Shown here piece by piece: positions 57,412 to 64,000 of a stretch of DNA of 64,000 nucleotides (its first letter is position 1; each line of letters starts with the position of its first letter). Position numbers and translations under genes: made by a program. The stretch covers positions 32,001 through 96,000 of the IMG/VR virus record IMGVR_UViG_3300042878_001497; one strand, given 5' to 3'. Below the pieces are notes generated by a model that was given only the letters and a program-made list of their open reading frames with translations, searched no databases and was not told where the DNA came from. Source of the DNA: a virus.

Positions 57412-58023
57412 ATGAGCTTAAAAAGTTTACAAGAGAAGATGGGCATAGCCGCTGATGGCGCTTTTGGTCCCGGAACAATGAAGAAGGCAATGGAGTTTTA
57501 TAAGTTGACTCCAGTTAGAGCTGCACACTTCTTCGCTCAAACAGCCCACGAAACAGGAGGCTTTAAAGCATTTTCAGAGAACCTAAACTACTCCGCCCAA
57601 GGCCTGCAAGGTATCTTCGGCAAGTACTTCCCCGGTAACCTCGAAGAGTCTTACGCCCGCCAGCCTGAAAAGATTGCAAACCGAGTCTACGCCGACAGGA
57701 TGGGCAACGGAGCCGAAGCATCAGGGGATGGATACAAGTTCAGAGGCAGAGGAGCTCTTCAGTTGACTGGTAAAGCCAACTACGAAGCATTTGCAAAGTA
57801 CTTAGGCAATGACGAGGTCTTGACTAACCCTGATACGGTTGCTACTAAATACGCTTTTGAATCAGCTATGTTTTTCTTTGAAAGAAATAAGCTATGGACT
57901 ATCTGTGATAAGGGCATCAACGATGCAGCTATCCTGGAACTGACCAAGCGCATCAACGGCGGTACTCACGGACTTGAAGACAGAAATGCCAAGACTAAGA
58001 AGTACTACGAATACGTGAAGTAA
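57412..58023 (+). CDS. GH19 endolysin with short peptidoglycan-binding N-terminus
   Basis: DGAFGPGT; AQTAHETGG, ENLNYS, FRGRGALQLTG..NY, INGG.HGL.DR. Confidence 0.92.
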   Translation: MSLKSLQEKMGIAADGAFGPGTMKKAMEFYKLTPVRAAHFFAQTAHETGGFKAFSENLNYSAQGLQGIFGKYFPGNLEESYARQPEKIANRVYADRMGNGAEASGDGYKFRGRGALQLTGKANYEAFAKYLGNDEVLTNPDTVATKYAFESAMFFFERNKLWTICDKGINDAAILELTKRINGGTHGLEDRNAKTKKYYEYVK

Positions 58024-58439
58024 TGAAACCAACAGCCATATTTTTGTCTATCGCCACCACACTTTCATTCGGATGCTCTTATTTTCTAGAGCTGACAATG
58101 GGTAACTTTGAGCAGTACCTTGCTCTAATTGCTGTGGTGTTTGTAGATGGATTTTTTGGCATCATTGCTGGAATCAAGAGAGAAGGTTTTAAGACCTTTA
58201 AAGCTGTTAGAGTACTACAAAGAACAATAGTATGGGTAATGTTCCTAACTGTTATCCTGATGGTCGAAAGAGGCTTTGCAGGAACTAGTTGGTTATCTGA
58301 AACCATTATCGTACCTTTCATTCTACTTCAGCTTATAAGTGCTCTTAAGAACGCTTCGATGTCTGGCTTTATCCATATAGGGGACTTAAATAAGATCTTA
58401 GATCGAATAGATCCTCACAAAGGAGAAAGAAAAGAATAA
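58023..58439 (+). CDS. Holin-family membrane protein
   Basis: Multiple TMs, D...G motif, SALKNA; directly after endolysin. Confidence 0.7.
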   Translation: MKPTAIFLSIATTLSFGCSYFLELTMGNFEQYLALIAVVFVDGFFGIIAGIKREGFKTFKAVRVLQRTIVWVMFLTVILMVERGFAGTSWLSETIIVPFILLQLISALKNASMSGFIHIGDLNKILDRIDPHKGERKE

Positions 58440-58448
58440 AAAGTTTAA

Positions 58449-58476
58449 AGAGCCCTTGCTTCGCAGGGGCTTTTTT
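58449..58476 (+). terminator. Intrinsic terminator
   Basis: AGAGCCCTTGC-TTC-GCAGGGGCTTT followed by T run. Confidence 0.8.
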
Positions 58477-58490
58477 CGTATATTAAGGTT

Positions 58491-58850
58491 ATGAGCGAAG
58501 ATAAAAATATATACGAAAGAGGCGCAGTCGAGATCCTCAAGGAAGAATACCCGACTATCTACTACGGCTACATTCAGATTCAAGCAGAGCAGTTAGAGCT
58601 CTTTGCAAAGAAGCATTTAGATTACGGAATGCATAACATCACTGCAGGTACTCAACTTGCTAACGAAGATGAGATTGGCTTTGCATTGACCGGACTCTGG
58701 TACCGAATCTCAGATAAGGTTAACCGCTGGAAGAATCTGCTGATTAATCGACGTAGTGTACAGAATGAATCCTTAATGGATACTTATCAAGACCTGGCTA
58801 ACTACGGCATCATTGCTCAGTTAGTGGCTCGAGGTATGTGGAAGAAGTAA
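58491..58850 (+). CDS. Nucleotide-modification-associated domain 1 (DUF1599-like)
   Basis: KKHLDYG, RISDKVNR..NL, ESLMDT..DLANYGII. Confidence 0.8.
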   Translation: MSEDKNIYERGAVEILKEEYPTIYYGYIQIQAEQLELFAKKHLDYGMHNITAGTQLANEDEIGFALTGLWYRISDKVNRWKNLLINRRSVQNESLMDTYQDLANYGIIAQLVARGMWKK

Positions 58851-58851
58851 A

Positions 58852-59790
58852 ATGGCTAAGAAGAAACTCCCTAAGGAGGTAAGCCTGGTTCGTGAATACA
58901 AAGTAGAGAAGTACGACACAAAGGAGAACAAAAACATCTCCTACAGTCAATACTCAATCTACAGTACTTGTCCACATCAGTGGTATCTTTCGTATCCGAA
59001 AAAGCTAGCACCTTATACTCCTAGCATTCATACAGTCTTTGGAACTGCTCTACACGAGACAGCTCAGAACTGGTTGGATGTACTTTACAACCAATCGGTA
59101 AAGGCTGCTACTGAAATCGATCTATCAGAGTATCTGATTGACCGAATGAAGAAGACTTACAAGAAAGAAAGATTTAATAACGGACACAAAGACTTTACAA
59201 CTCCTCAGGAGCTTCAAGAGTTTCACAACGACGGAGTAGCCATAATGGACTACCTAAAAAAGAAACGTTCGATATACTTTAGCACAAAAGGAACTTACCT
59301 GGTAGGAGTAGAGGTGCCGCTGGTACAGCAGCTTAAGACTGGATTGTACTTCAAAGCCTATCTTGATCTGGTCTTCTACAATGAAGTTACAGGAAAGTAT
59401 TTGATCTTAGATATCAAGACTTCGACTAAGGGTTGGAGTGATTACGAAAAGAAAAGCGATACTAAGATCTCTCAGGTACTATTCTACAAAGAGTTCTTTG
59501 CCAAGCAATTCAATACCGATGTAGAGAACATCGATGTAGAATTCTTTATCGTACGTAGAAAGATTTACGAAGGAGGAGAGTTTGTACCCAAAAGAGTACA
59601 GCAATTCAGACCTGCTTCAGGAAAGATTAAGCGAGGTCAGGCGATGTCCGGCTTAAATAGATTTGTAGAAGAAGCATTTTCGGATACAGGAGAATATCTT
59701 GAGAAAGACTATAATAAGAATGCATCTAAAAACAACTGTAGATTCTGTCCGTTTAACAAAAGCCCTCTCTGTAGCGCAGCTATTTTATAA
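58852..59790 (+). CDS. PD-(D/E)XK RecB/Cas4-like exonuclease with Fe-S cysteines
   Basis: SYSQ...CP, FGTALHE, E...., D....DIKT, Q..FY, CRFCPF....C. Confidence 0.85.
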   Translation: MAKKKLPKEVSLVREYKVEKYDTKENKNISYSQYSIYSTCPHQWYLSYPKKLAPYTPSIHTVFGTALHETAQNWLDVLYNQSVKAATEIDLSEYLIDRMKKTYKKERFNNGHKDFTTPQELQEFHNDGVAIMDYLKKKRSIYFSTKGTYLVGVEVPLVQQLKTGLYFKAYLDLVFYNEVTGKYLILDIKTSTKGWSDYEKKSDTKISQVLFYKEFFAKQFNTDVENIDVEFFIVRRKIYEGGEFVPKRVQQFRPASGKIKRGQAMSGLNRFVEEAFSDTGEYLEKDYNKNASKNNCRFCPFNKSPLCSAAIL

Positions 59791-59830
59791 TTCCAAGCTA
59801 TTTATATATGTATATAAACATATAAAGGCT

Positions 59831-60013
59831 ATGGACAACAAAAAGCTGACAAGCGTTAGAGTAGAACAGCAGTTATTCGACGAGTTTAAAGTTCAATGCG
59901 TACGCTATAAATTTTCTTTTCAAAAGTTGGCAGATAGAGCTATTTTTTTCTATCTTACAGACGATACGTTTAGAGACAAGGTACATAATCAGAACGATAT
60001 AAACTTAAAATAA
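59831..60013 (+). CDS. Small ribbon-helix-helix-like DNA-binding protein
   Basis: LTSVRV then two helices; follows TATTTATA. Confidence 0.6.
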   Translation: MDNKKLTSVRVEQQLFDEFKVQCVRYKFSFQKLADRAIFFYLTDDTFRDKVHNQNDINLK

Positions 60014-61461
60014 TGCAAGACAAATTTCGTTATGTTGAGCAGAAAGATCGAAAAAAGATTCTTCTGCTGTGTGATGATATAAGACTCCATTCCGGAGTCG
60101 CTACTATGGCAAGAGAGATTGTAGTAGGCACATCACATCACTTCAATTGGGTAAACTTAGGAGGTGCTATGAAGCATCCCGATGAAAAGAAAGCCTTTGA
60201 TCTCTCAGAAGATGTTAACAAGCAGACCGGTATAACAGATGCTTCAGTGAAGCTATATGCAACATCAGGCTACGGCACTATTGAGGTTATAAGAGAGCTT
60301 CTAAGAGTTGAAAAGCCTGACGCTATCATGCTCTTTACCGATCCTAGATACTGGGCTTGGTTGTTTGATATCGAAAGAGAGCTTAGAACAACAATGCCTC
60401 TCCTGTACTTAAACATTTGGGACGATTACCCTACCCCTCTTTACAATAAAGCTTATTACGAGTGCTGTGATCTTCTTATGTCTATTTCAAAACAGACTAA
60501 GAATATTAACGAGCTTGTGCTAGAAGATGCTGCTAAAGGTAAGGTACTTACTTATGTACCTCACGGTATTAACGAAGAGCACTTCTTCCCTATTACACCT
60601 GAGTCTAAGAATTACGACAAGTACCAGGAGTTCAAAAAGAGCATCTTTGAAGGAAAAGATATTGAGTTTGTAGCGTTCTGGAACTCTAGAAACATCCGAC
60701 GTAAATCACCGGGTGATGTTATTCTAGCCTATAGACAGTTCTGTGATCAAGTAGGTCCAGAGAAAGCAAAGAAATGTGCTCTAATTATGCACACCCAGCC
60801 TGTAGATGAAAACGGAACAGATCTTTACGCAGTTAGAGAAGCTATTTGCGATCCGAGCTACGTTAATGTATTCTTCTCTCAGGACAGATTAGGTCACGAG
60901 CAGATGAACTGGCTGTACAACCTCGCAGATGTTACTATGCTCATCTCTTCTAATGAAGGATGGGGCTTAAGCTTGACTGAATCTATGATGGCAGGTACTA
61001 TGATCATTGGTAACGTTACCGGTGGTATGCAAGACCAGATGAGATTTGTAGATGATAAAGGTCAGTGGTATACTCCTTCGCTTGAAATACCTTCCAACCA
61101 CATGGGTACTTATCTAGAGCATGGAGAGTGGGCTATGCCTGTCTACCCTTCCAACATCTCACTAGTAGGTTCGGTACCTACTCCGTACATCCACGATGAC
61201 AGATGCGACTTCAGAGATGTAGCTGATGTCCTTGAAAGAATCTACATATTGTCTCCCGAAGAAAGAAAGCAGAAAGGACTTGCCGGACGTGAATGGGTAA
61301 CATCAGACGAAGCAATGATGTCTGCTAAGAATATGTCCAAGAATGTGATTCTATCTATCGATCAAACATTTGAAAACTTTACACCTCGTAGCCGATACGA
61401 TGTGATTAAGGTTGAAGATCTTCCTACTAAATATGTAAAACACCCAATGGTATATGAGTAA
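60013..61461 (+). CDS. Glycosyltransferase family 4 (GT-B)
   Basis: SGVA, PHGIN, RNIRRK, SNEGWGLSLTESM. Confidence 0.88.
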   Translation: MQDKFRYVEQKDRKKILLLCDDIRLHSGVATMAREIVVGTSHHFNWVNLGGAMKHPDEKKAFDLSEDVNKQTGITDASVKLYATSGYGTIEVIRELLRVEKPDAIMLFTDPRYWAWLFDIERELRTTMPLLYLNIWDDYPTPLYNKAYYECCDLLMSISKQTKNINELVLEDAAKGKVLTYVPHGINEEHFFPITPESKNYDKYQEFKKSIFEGKDIEFVAFWNSRNIRRKSPGDVILAYRQFCDQVGPEKAKKCALIMHTQPVDENGTDLYAVREAICDPSYVNVFFSQDRLGHEQMNWLYNLADVTMLISSNEGWGLSLTESMMAGTMIIGNVTGGMQDQMRFVDDKGQWYTPSLEIPSNHMGTYLEHGEWAMPVYPSNISLVGSVPTPYIHDDRCDFRDVADVLERIYILSPEERKQKGLAGREWVTSDEAMMSAKNMSKNVILSIDQTFENFTPRSRYDVIKVEDLPTKYVKHPMVYE

Positions 61462-62725
61462 GCCAACAGTTTTAGTTAGTTGTCCAATTGATACGTACTC
61501 TGGATACGGAGGCCGTTCTAGAGATTTTGTTAAAGCCTTAATTAGTACAGGTAAATATAATGTCTATATTCTATCTCAACGCTGGGGGAATACTCGGTTT
61601 GGATATCTAAAAGACCATTCAGAGCATGATCTAGCTTCAAAGATTGTACCAAACGTTACAGGTCAACCTGATATCTGGATTCAAATTACAGTACCTAATG
61701 AGTTCCAACCTATTGGAAAGTATAACATAGGAGTTACAGCCGGTATCGAAACTACAATCTGTGATCCAAGTTGGATTGAAGGCTGTAATAGAATGAACCT
61801 CACACTAGTATCCTCTCAGCATGCTAAAGAAACTTTTGAGAGAAGTAAGTTTGAAGTGCAAGATAAGGGTAAGACTACAGGTACAATTGAACTGCAGAAG
61901 CCTATTGAAGTATTATTTGAAGGATTGGATATTGAAAAATATAAACCTGTTACTAGTAGTACTTTTAACCTCTCTGCAGTAGAAGAATCTTTTGCTTACC
62001 TCTTTGTAGGACATTGGCTGCAAGGAGACTTTGGACAGGATAGAAAAAATGTAGGATACCTTGTAAAAGCTTTCTTAGAAAGTTTTAAGAATAAGAAAGA
62101 CGCTCCTGCTTTAATCTTAAAGACTCAATCTGCTAACGCTTCTATCTTGGATAGAAACCAAGTACTAAAAAAGATTGACGATATTAGAAAGAGTATTAAA
62201 GGTACTTTACCTAACATCTACCTACTTCACGGAGAGATGTCTGATGAAGAAGTTAATATGTTATACAATCATCCTAAAGTCAAAGCAATGGTTAGCTTTA
62301 CTAAAGGAGAAGGATTTGGCAGACCTCTTCTAGAATTCTCAGCTGTGAATAAACCTATCATAGCTTCAGGATGGTCAGGGCATATCGACTTCTTAGATAA
62401 GGAATTTACTTACCTTGTTGCCGGTACTCTGACTAACGTACATAAGAGTGCTGCAATAGATAAAATGCTATTAAAAGAAGCTCAATGGTTTACACCAGAC
62501 GATGCACAGACAGGAACTGCTTTGCGTATGGTATTTGACAACTATAAGAAGTATGCAGAGCTAGCTAAGAGACAGGGATATAAGTCTCGTACAAACTTTA
62601 GCTGGGAGAAGATGGCAGAGCAATTAGATCAAATTCTCTCAAGTAATCTTCCTGAGTTCCCTAAGCAAGTTGAACTTAAACTACCAACATTACAGCTACC
62701 TAAACTACAGAAAATAAATGGATAA
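61454..62725 (+). CDS. Glycosyltransferase family 4 (GT-B)
   Basis: SGYG, RKN, KGEGFGRPLLE, FSWE. Confidence 0.88.
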   Translation: MSKPTVLVSCPIDTYSGYGGRSRDFVKALISTGKYNVYILSQRWGNTRFGYLKDHSEHDLASKIVPNVTGQPDIWIQITVPNEFQPIGKYNIGVTAGIETTICDPSWIEGCNRMNLTLVSSQHAKETFERSKFEVQDKGKTTGTIELQKPIEVLFEGLDIEKYKPVTSSTFNLSAVEESFAYLFVGHWLQGDFGQDRKNVGYLVKAFLESFKNKKDAPALILKTQSANASILDRNQVLKKIDDIRKSIKGTLPNIYLLHGEMSDEEVNMLYNHPKVKAMVSFTKGEGFGRPLLEFSAVNKPIIASGWSGHIDFLDKEFTYLVAGTLTNVHKSAAIDKMLLKEAQWFTPDDAQTGTALRMVFDNYKKYAELAKRQGYKSRTNFSWEKMAEQLDQILSSNLPEFPKQVELKLPTLQLPKLQKING

Positions 62726-63155
62726 GTTAACCGATTGTAAAAGATGCGGCTCTAATGCCTGCTACGAACAGCACATCAACGAACAGCTAACAACCTGGTT
62801 ATGTATGGGATGTGGCTTTACAACCTCTACTGTTATGACAGAAGGAAGCCAGCCAGTCACTCAAGCCTTAGAATCCTCTCCAGAACTCTACAAAGACCTT
62901 CTTCATAAAGATCAAGACGATCATATATGGATGCCTGCTACGGTAACACTGCCTGGTAAAGGAATGGTGTTTATCGACGGCAGTACTAAAGAGAATTGGA
63001 GATGGGCAGCCGTTAAAGCTGTTGAGATTCTTAAAGAAGAACAGCACAAGTACCCTGAAGGGCAGACTCATAAAATGGATATGAAAGGAGCTCAAAACTT
63101 CGAACAGAGAGACTTTATGGACGCATTACAAGTAATTGGCTTTTACGAAATGTAA
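62718..63155 (+). CDS. Zinc-ribbon hypothetical protein
   Basis: CKRC...CMGCG. Confidence 0.65.
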   Translation: MDKLTDCKRCGSNACYEQHINEQLTTWLCMGCGFTTSTVMTEGSQPVTQALESSPELYKDLLHKDQDDHIWMPATVTLPGKGMVFIDGSTKENWRWAAVKAVEILKEEQHKYPEGQTHKMDMKGAQNFEQRDFMDALQVIGFYEM

Positions 63156-63781
63156 TGAAAATTAGTTACGCAGTAACGGTTTGTAATGAGCTTGTAGAGA
63201 TACAACGACTGCTTCCTTTCCTAATTCAGAACAAGAGGCAGGAGGATGAGATCATTATCTTTTACGATTCCAATAATGGAACTAAGGCAGTAGATGAGTA
63301 TCTAAGAAGTCTATCTACGAATACATTTGCTCCATTTCGGTACATTAGTTACCACTTCGACGGGCACTTTGCTAACATGAAGAATGCTTTGACTGAAGCT
63401 TGCTTGGGAGATTATATCTTTCAGATTGATGCTGATGAGATGCCTAGCAGTTTTCTAATGCAGCATCTCCCTGCTCTACTTGAAATGAATCAGGTAGATG
63501 TTATACTAGTACCTCGAATCAACACAGTAGAAGGACTAACCCTAGAGCATGTACAGAAGTGGAACTGGGCTATTAACGAAAAAGACTGGGTAAACTTTCC
63601 AGACTATCAATGGAGGATCTATAAAAGATCTTCAGATATTAAATGGGTAAGCAAGGTACATGAATACCTAGAAGGATTTAAAACCGCTTCCCCGCTTCCC
63701 CCTCAGGAAGAATGGTGCTTGTTCCATCCTAAAACAATCCAGCGTCAAGAAAAACAAAACGCTTACTACGATACTTTATGA
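63155..63781 (+). CDS. Glycosyltransferase family 2
   Basis: VCNE, FANMKN, FQIDADE, PDYQ.R, VHE. Confidence 0.88.
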   Translation: MKISYAVTVCNELVEIQRLLPFLIQNKRQEDEIIIFYDSNNGTKAVDEYLRSLSTNTFAPFRYISYHFDGHFANMKNALTEACLGDYIFQIDADEMPSSFLMQHLPALLEMNQVDVILVPRINTVEGLTLEHVQKWNWAINEKDWVNFPDYQWRIYKRSSDIKWVSKVHEYLEGFKTASPLPPQEEWCLFHPKTIQRQEKQNAYYDTL

Positions 63782-64000
63782 TAAAGATTCGGTTAGTACA
63801 ACCTGACCTACACCGCAATGAGATTGCTTTCCGTCCATATTGGAGAGCTAAAGACTTATTCAAAGAGGTAGGTATAGAGTTTACAACCGAGGATAGTTCA
63901 TACGATTTTGCTTTTATTGCTCAAGCAAGCTTCATAGATAAGCAAGCAAGCTTAGCCGAATCGGTTGAGAAAGGTATTGAGTTTGTATCAAAGTTTGGTA
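63778..64000 (+). CDS. Hypothetical protein (3'-truncated by window edge)
   Basis: ATGA overlap with the GT2 gene; frame open to the end. Confidence 0.6.
   Translation, partial: MIKIRLVQPDLHRNEIAFRPYWRAKDLFKEVGIEFTTEDSSYDFAFIAQASFIDKQASLAESVEKGIEFVSKFG

Larger units (their letters stand above)
7365..58486 (+). promoter_or_regulatory. Recurring TTG-N20-TATHTTDW promoter motif, 14 copies (span covers first to last)
   Basis: TTG at 7365, 8150, 8893, 12810, 19587, 28789, 32998, 35925, 40825, 41154, 41756, 44450, 46053, 58456, each exactly 20 nt before the box; resembles Bacteroidota -33/-7 promoter. Confidence 0.8.
3384..59806 (+). promoter_or_regulatory. Recurring intergenic TATTTATA motif, putative late promoter (span covers first to last)
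   Basis: At 3384, 6685, 13952, 35383, 46611, 49487, 50189, 57085, 59799 (TATTTAT at 38585), upstream of gene starts. Confidence 0.65.

Noticed and set aside
58852-59790. Cas4 as evidence of a CRISPR-Cas system
   Set aside because: No cas1/cas2 or array in the window; stand-alone Cas4/RecB-like nucleases are common in phages
1-64000. Stop-codon reassignment
   Set aside because: Conserved genes are full length in code 11, TAA/TAG/TGA all act as stops, and no suppressor tRNA is present
1-64000. Bacterial chromosome origin (groEL, thyA, que genes, tRNAs)
   Set aside because: Single-strand gene packing, phage-type replication block, fibre and lysis genes, divergent homologues and absence of ribosomal or core metabolic operons indicate a phage

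Overview
This window looks like a 64-kb segment of a large lytic dsDNA tailed phage infecting Bacteroidota (Flavobacterium-like). The host call rests on Bacteroidota-type TTG-N20-TAnnTTT promoters, AT-rich leaders without Shine-Dalgarno sites and proteins with T9SS sorting domains. Almost all genes are on the + strand in the standard genetic code. In order it carries: a recA/5'-3' exonuclease/DnaB/nrdB/nrdA replication block; small accessory ORFs; a dispersed but complete 7-deazaguanine pathway (queC, queD, queE, folE, queF), with a tight folE-MazG-like-DpdA3-like-DpdN(PurN-like)-kinase-queF-PolA cassette that points to formyl-preQ1 replacement of G in DNA; a collagen-like fibre module; a sugar-modification island; thyA; hsp20-groES-groEL; a DUF2589 pair; eight tRNAs interleaved with unexplained structured RNAs; several T9SS-cargo proteins; a cohesin/dockerin-CsgG-beta-barrel-lectin operon; a lysis module; and glycosyltransferases. 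The most notable non-coding signals are two preQ1-class-I riboswitch-like 5' leaders (before folE and before the queD-queE operon), a pseudoknot before queC, a 10-bp 5'UTR-3'UTR pairing that brackets hsp20, and a tRNA-like RNA with a replaced anticodon arm. All calls come from reading motifs by eye; no searches were run.
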